In this document: in pieces, positions 18,577 through 23,421 of the stretch
How positions within the stretch are numbered: position 1 is the stretch's first letter
Layout: every line of letters begins with the position of its first letter
Source of the DNA: Aquificaceae bacterium
GTDB taxonomy: Bacteria > Aquificota > Aquificia > Aquificales > Aquificaceae
Direction of reading: 5' to 3'
Length of the DNA: 23,421 nucleotides
Assembly (NCBI GenBank): GCA_039630345.1
Contig: JBCNVD010000005.1
Coordinates: 1 to 23,421 of the forward strand
Notes under the pieces: model-generated
The model's input: only the letters and a program-made list of their open reading frames with translations
Told to the model about the DNA's origin: nothing
Databases searched by the model: none
Program-made: the position numbers and the translations under genes

Positions 18577-18696
18577 ATGCTTAAAGCGGACAAACCAACT
18601 AAAGAAGAAGTTGGCACTTTCGCTATTTTCCTCTCTTTCTTGAGCTCACTCGCGCTTGCCTTCATAGGAGGTAGGCTCGTAGCTGGTGGTAAGTAA
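18577..18696 (+). CDS. 39-aa single-TM small protein
   Basis: Strong AAGGAGGT RBS before ATG 18577; MLKADKPTKEEVGTFAIFLSFLSSLALAFIGGRLVAGGK; upstream TTGACA boxes at 18486 and 18515. Confidence 0.6.
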   Translation: MLKADKPTKEEVGTFAIFLSFLSSLALAFIGGRLVAGGK

Positions 18697-18716
18697 GCTC
18701 TAGTAGGAGGAGGAAC

Positions 18717-19112
18717 ATGATAGAGGCAGAGATTCAAGCAATGCTTGAAGTGATGAGACACGCTGTTTTAGCGGATGGTCAGGTCCATCAGAAAGAAATA
18801 GAAATCCTAAAAAGAGTATCAAAAAGCCTGGGCGTAGAAATAACACCTGAATCAGAGAATAAATCCCTGCATAGTTTAGAAGAAATCTTTTCTAAGATAA
18901 AAAACAAAGAGATGAGAGCGCAGGCTCTGATTATGTCCTTAGAGATAGTCTCTGCCAGTGGAGAAGTTAGAGAAGCCGAGAGGTCGTTTCTTAGAAAAGC
19001 GTGCGAGCTTAGCGGACTAAGCGATGAAGATACGGAAAAATTTATTAAGATTGCAGAAAATATAGCACAGACCAAAGCGGAGCTTTATAGTTTATTGAAC
19101 AAATCTCTCTAA
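18717..19112 (+). CDS. TerB-like family protein
   Basis: AGGAGG RBS; duplicated TerB motifs AVLADGQVHQKEIEIL and IVSASGEVREAERSFL...LSGLS. Confidence 0.75.
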   Translation: MIEAEIQAMLEVMRHAVLADGQVHQKEIEILKRVSKSLGVEITPESENKSLHSLEEIFSKIKNKEMRAQALIMSLEIVSASGEVREAERSFLRKACELSGLSDEDTEKFIKIAENIAQTKAELYSLLNKSL

Positions 19113-19122
19113 GAATAACATA

Positions 19123-19566
19123 TCAGATATACTTTCTAAGTAGCTCCAGTGCAGTTCTTGCGGCTTTTCTATTTAATTCTTTCGAGCTTTCTGGTAATTC
19201 TTCATAATCTACTACATGAGGGTCAGTCTCTTTTGTCCAGCCTTGAGCTCTTCTTTTTTCAAGCCAGAGACTGTGTACACTTCTTGCCAGTTTTTCCAAT
19301 GTTTGTGACGAGTTATCAATCCTCTCCAAGCTGATGCCCGCAAGCTGAAGAAGTTTAGGTATTTCTCTTACAAACATCCTGTCTAGCTCTTTTTCTTCTT
19401 CTGGCAGGTCCTTGTAAGGAACGAGGCTCGGATGTGTCTTTTTCTGATTATCCTTTACTGGCCCATAAGTCCAACCCTGCGCTAACTTCTCCCCCATCCA
19501 TACTTTGTGGAGCTCCTCAGCTATAGCCTCAACGAGCTGTGGGTCTTCCCAGAAATTTTTCATCAT
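19123..19566 (-). CDS. Stand-alone tandem RyR (ryanodine receptor repeat) domain protein
   Basis: IAEELHKVWMGEKLAQGWTYGPVKDNQKKTHPSLVPYKDLPEEEKELDR, plus second copy LARSVHSLWLEKRRAQGW...PHVVDYEELPESSKELNR. Confidence 0.9.
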   Translation of the reverse strand: MMKNFWEDPQLVEAIAEELHKVWMGEKLAQGWTYGPVKDNQKKTHPSLVPYKDLPEEEKELDRMFVREIPKLLQLAGISLERIDNSSQTLEKLARSVHSLWLEKRRAQGWTKETDPHVVDYEELPESSKELNRKAARTALELLRKYI

Positions 19567-21314
19567 GGCTTCGCGTAATCTTTTAATATAGTCAAAAGGT
19601 TTTCTCTTATCGGCTTTTTATTATACTCTTCTTTCTCTTCTTCCTTGATTTTTTGGTAATCGAAGTTACACTTTTTGTAAGCCTTCAGCTTTTCAAAGTC
19701 CCTGAGCAATGTTCTCTCTCTGAGGTATCTTTTGAACTCTAACTCTGCCAGGAGGTCAACGATTTTTTCGTCTTTCAGGGCTTTTTCTATATTTTGTATA
19801 TACTGCAGGGTTAAGTCTTTTTTTCCATTGAAATAGCTATCTATAGCTCTTAGCTTTTCCCAAATGTGGTCTGCGAGATTTCTATTTGAGTTTCTGTAAA
19901 CTTCAGAGAGGTTTTCCCAGAGGTTAATAGCTGGCTTTTCTGAGGACTTCATATCAAGCTCTTCTCTATACTTCTCCTTCCTCAGCTCTGCGTCAACTTC
20001 CCAGAGGCTATCCACAGGTATGTTAAAGAATGCTCTAAGATAGCTAAGATGGCAAAGCTCTGCCATTTTGTCCAGTTCATTCCTGTTTAGAAGAGACGAT
20101 ACCGCGAGACTATACATATTAAAGGAATGCTCTCCCTCTCCCTGCATATAGTGTTGAGAGTATAAACTTATCACCTTTACTCCTTTCTCTGCAGAAAGTT
20201 CTCTTCTCAGTCTTTCTGTTTGTGTATCTTCCTGAGTACACAGGATTATAGCCTGAGGTTTTTCTTCTCCAATTCCAAGGTCCTGAGATGAATTTATAAG
20301 CTCGTATCTTTTCTGTAAAACTTCAAGGTCAAAACCCAGAGCACTAAATAGATTCATACCATCCATTACAAAGCGAGAGTCTACAAATTCCTTTATTTCC
20401 TGTGCCTTAGGTCCTACAAGGGTAAGTCTAAGCCTCTTTTCACCCGGGTAGACCTTATACTTAAAAGCCTGCCAAAGTAGCGCAAGCCCTGCTTCAGAAG
20501 TGCCTATTATTATAATCCACGGCTTCTCCACTCTGTTAACACCTTGGTCAAGAGGCACTCTAAGAAAGAGACTTCTTGCCATTTCCTCATAGAGGTTTAT
20601 GTAAGAAACTTCAACCTTTCCTATCCATCTGGATGTTTTATCATAATGATGTTTTAACGAGTAGTCTACTATGTGAACGAAGGTTTTATAGTCCGCATTT
20701 ATCTGTGATGCAACCGCTTGAGACATGTGGATATTTTTCAGGTCTTCCTCAAAAATAAGAAACATACCTGCAGACCTTCCGACGCCCAGAGCTCTATCAA
20801 GTGATTTTTCAGAAATAAGAACAGAACTGTCAGAGATAAGGTAGGGAATACCAGCGGTTTTACAGTAGGTTATATGAGGGTTTTCCCCGTTTTCTTCAAG
20901 CACTATAACTTTTTTACCACTCTTTTTGAGCGCTTCTATTAAATTAACCGTAGCTTCTGAAAGCCCACACACAATCCAGTGTTCCCTGTAAAAATGGCTT
21001 GCCCAGAAAAGCCTTAGTCTGTCTATAAAAAAGCCAATCAGAGCTCCTGCAGACAGAGCTATGAACAAAGTAGGCGCCAGAGTTTTTGAAATTTTGAGAT
21101 AAATATTATCCGCACCTTCTGGAAGACTTTCTATGGTAAATACCTGTAGTGTGTAGTAAACTATGCTAAGAAAAATGCCAAGAGTGTCTTTAAGTTCCCG
21201 ATTTTCCCTAATCCACAGCAGTAATCCGTAGATGTTTGTTATTAATATGATTACAAATATAAGAAGCCACAATGTAACCCAGTGGTGCTTTGCATAAAGT
21301 AGTATAAATCTCAT
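19563..21314 (-). CDS. 2TM channel-like protein with two RCK/TrkA-N domains and C-terminal RyR-like region
   Basis: TM1, pore-helix-like YYTLQVFTIES, TM2; Rossmann starts HWIVCGLS and IIIIGTSEAG; C-terminal MAELCHLSY...WENLSEVYRNSNRNLADHI...LAELE. Confidence 0.75.
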   Translation of the reverse strand: MRFILLYAKHHWVTLWLLIFVIILITNIYGLLLWIRENRELKDTLGIFLSIVYYTLQVFTIESLPEGADNIYLKISKTLAPTLFIALSAGALIGFFIDRLRLFWASHFYREHWIVCGLSEATVNLIEALKKSGKKVIVLEENGENPHITYCKTAGIPYLISDSSVLISEKSLDRALGVGRSAGMFLIFEEDLKNIHMSQAVASQINADYKTFVHIVDYSLKHHYDKTSRWIGKVEVSYINLYEEMARSLFLRVPLDQGVNRVEKPWIIIIGTSEAGLALLWQAFKYKVYPGEKRLRLTLVGPKAQEIKEFVDSRFVMDGMNLFSALGFDLEVLQKRYELINSSQDLGIGEEKPQAIILCTQEDTQTERLRRELSAEKGVKVISLYSQHYMQGEGEHSFNMYSLAVSSLLNRNELDKMAELCHLSYLRAFFNIPVDSLWEVDAELRKEKYREELDMKSSEKPAINLWENLSEVYRNSNRNLADHIWEKLRAIDSYFNGKKDLTLQYIQNIEKALKDEKIVDLLAELEFKRYLRERTLLRDFEKLKAYKKCNFDYQKIKEEEKEEYNKKPIRENLLTILKDYAKP

Positions 21315-22240
21315 TCTGTGTTCTCTTTAATCCTTTCTTTTATTTGAGATAGAATCTGCACAAATTTTGGTTTAGCTTTATCAAGCTCATGTTTTTGAAT
21401 TACAGAGACAGCCTGATTATAAAGCTCCTTTGCTTTATCATGCATGTTGATGCTTTCATAAAAATCCGCTAAATTCTTAAGACTTTCTATGTAATTTTCA
21501 GCCCACCTTTGTGGGTTTTCTTGGTATAGTTTTTCCACAGTATTCAGAGCTTTATTGTGGAGCTCTTCGGCTATGCTGTAGTTTTCGAGTTCTTTGTGTA
21601 CAATTCCAAGGTTGTTAAGGTTATCTATGTAATATTTAACCCATCTCTGTGGATTTTCTTGATAGAGCTTTTCTAAAATGCTCAAAGCTTTAGTATGAAG
21701 TTCTAATGCTTTTTCATAGTCTTTCAGTTCTCTGTATGCAATCCCAAGATTGTTAAGGCTTTTTATATAATGCTCCGCCCATCTTCGTGGATTTTCCTGC
21801 CATAGTTTTTCTGTAATCTTTAGAGCTCGGCTATGAAACTCTACAGCCTTTTCAAAGTCTTTTAGTTCTCTGTATGCAACCCCGAGCTCGTTAAGGCTAT
21901 TTGTATATCTCTCAACCCATCTTTGTGGATTTTCCTGATAGAGTTTTTCTCTTATACTCAACACTTTCTCATATAACTCTATGGCTTTGTTGTGATTGTT
22001 GAGGTCTACGTATGCATTTCCAAGGTTGATAAGAGTGCCTGTATATCTCTCAACCCATCTTTGTGGATTTTCCTGATAGAGTTTTTCTCTTATACTCAAC
22101 GCTTTCTCATATAACTCTATGGCTTTGTTGTGATTGTTGAGGTCTTTGTATACAAGTCCAAGATTGTTAAGAACGTTTGTGTAACTCTCCGCCCATCTTT
22201 GTGGATTTTCCTGATAGAGTTTTTCTCTTATACTCAACAC
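21311..22240 (-). CDS. Residual open TPR-repeat ORF (C-terminal part of the disrupted gene)
   Basis: Six 46-aa LYQENPQRW...LNNLG..Y repeats; in frame with the upstream fragments; stop overlaps the next ATG. Confidence 0.5.
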   Translation of the reverse strand: MLSIREKLYQENPQRWAESYTNVLNNLGLVYKDLNNHNKAIELYEKALSIREKLYQENPQRWVERYTGTLINLGNAYVDLNNHNKAIELYEKVLSIREKLYQENPQRWVERYTNSLNELGVAYRELKDFEKAVEFHSRALKITEKLWQENPRRWAEHYIKSLNNLGIAYRELKDYEKALELHTKALSILEKLYQENPQRWVKYYIDNLNNLGIVHKELENYSIAEELHNKALNTVEKLYQENPQRWAENYIESLKNLADFYESINMHDKAKELYNQAVSVIQKHELDKAKPKFVQILSQIKERIKENTE

Positions 22241-22345
22241 TTTCTCATATAACTCTATGGCTTTGTTGTGATTGTTGAGGTCTACATATGCAAGTCCAAG
22301 ATTGTTAAGAACGTTTGTGAAATCCTAAGCCCATTTTTGAGAGTC
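21380..22345 (-). repeat. About seven tandem 138-bp TPR-coding repeats
   Basis: GTGG(A/G)TTTTC anchor at 21511, 21649, 21787, 21925, 22063 and 22201, exactly 138 bp apart; the three rightmost anchored units share a near-identical block of about 85 bp. Confidence 0.92.
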
Positions 22346-23421
22346 TTTTATATAAAGACTTTCTATTTCACCTAATAAGCTTTCATAAACTCTTATAGCC
22401 TCATTGGTAAAGTTTATTTTTCTCAAAAAGGTACCAAGTTTTAATCTAAAAGCTATACTATGTTCTACAGCCCAGTTCAAAAGCTCATAAATTAGTTTGT
22501 TTCTTCTCAAGTATAGAATGTATCTGGTGAGCTCTACGTTGTCTTCTATTTTTAACATATCCAGCAGAAGATTTTCATTGCAAAGCACTTTTAAGAATAG
22601 CTCGCTATCTTTTAGTTCATATGCTTGCCAAGGGAGCTCTCTGTGTGCTTTTTGTGTGTCCTTTAAATTTTCTTGCTGGTAGTATTGTATTAGTGCCTTT
22701 CGGTATGTATCTCCAGCTTTAAAAACCTCATACCTGTCCTCTATGGCCCTCTCCGCGTGTGCATGGGCAGGTTTTAGATATCCATTTATGTCTATTAGAT
22801 ATTCGTCTACTGCAAGTAAGAAAGTAGAAAGACTTTTCCTGCTTATTGGCCTTTACAAAGATGTTTCTAACACTTCCAAAAGCTCACTTTCAGAAAGTCC
22901 ATCTCTTGAAACCTGTAAGAGAACGAGAACATCTTTAACAAAATCTCCATAGTCCTTTTCACATCTTTCAAATATCTTCTCAAAAAGGTCGTCTACGGTT
23001 TGAATGCTTAAAAGCTCCTTTATTTTGTCCGTAAAACCTCTGTAATCTCCAAATATTCTTAGTTCTTCAAGTAGTGCCTTCAAAAACAAAACTCCACAGT
23101 GGTGCATTGAGAATAAGCTCCATTTGATTTTCATCCAGCTTTTTGCCATAAGACGAAAGGTAATTTTCCGATATATTCCTGTGCTTGATTCCTATCAAAA
23201 CCTTTAAGCTCAAGGGTCTTCTCGGGTTCTATGTATATCTTCTGAAGCGTGGTGTCAGGAAGATGTCGAACGCCTCTTCGGAAGTTTTGGTGTAAGCCAG
23301 CTTAAGTTTCTCCATGTTTCTGGAAAGAGCCGGTCTACTGCGTCGAAAAGGATGATAACTTTTTTACCTTGCTCTGAAGCGGTGTATAGCAATTCTACAA
23401 ACCTATCTCTCAAAGATTTTT

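Larger units (their letters stand above)
17903..23421. mobile_element. Probable tRNA-fMet-anchored genomic island (left part; no integrase in window)
   Basis: Abrupt change after the tRNA from dense housekeeping genes to a long repeat-rich spacer, accessory genes and a pseudogene. No integrase or second att copy visible. Confidence 0.55.
21311..23421 (-). pseudogene. Disrupted NACHT-like STAND NTPase-TPR gene (5' part outside window)
   Basis: Walker B VIILFDAVDRL and LSWLTPKLP near 23360-23280; at least three frameshifts in 23275-23090; then one frame (FLKALLEELRIFG...SRDGLSESEL...RELPWQ...TPRs) broken by TAA 22853-22855 and TAG 22325-22327. Confidence 0.8.

Noticed and set aside
21380..22345. 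Regular repeats with variable intervals resembling a CRISPR array or DGR target
   Set aside because: The period is 138 bp, in frame, and encodes TPRs; no cas or reverse transcriptase gene, and variation is not adenine-specific.
22325..22855. Programmed stop read-through or recoding of the in-frame TAG and TAA
   Set aside because: Two different stop types plus nearby frameshifts fit decay better; other genes here terminate normally at TAA and TAG.

Overview
Bacterial chromosomal window. Gene content (SoeABC, futalosine-pathway MqnA, compact sigma-54, CCA-less tRNAs, tightly overlapped unrelated housekeeping genes) suggests Aquificaceae; this is inference, not a database result. Positions 1-17.9 kb are mostly core genome: a partial DUF996-like membrane gene, a soeABC-type sulfite:quinone oxidoreductase operon, a divergent porin / FMN-binding protein / internally duplicated membrane protein module, moaEA, then trpD-mqnA-lipoprotein-tRNA-Ser-trpG-purD-ABC ATPase-CNNM-rpoN-Xaa-Pro peptidase-tRNA-fMet. 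After tRNA-fMet a probable genomic island begins: about 600 bp of repeat-rich non-coding DNA, a small hydrophobic peptide plus TerB-like gene, and a convergent, translationally coupled minus-strand operon. That operon encodes a disrupted NACHT-like STAND NTPase with 138-bp tandem TPR repeats, a 2TM pore-RCK-RCK-RyR channel-like protein and a stand-alone tandem RyR-domain protein. It is the best candidate here for an uncharacterised NLR-like sensor / ion-channel effector defence system.
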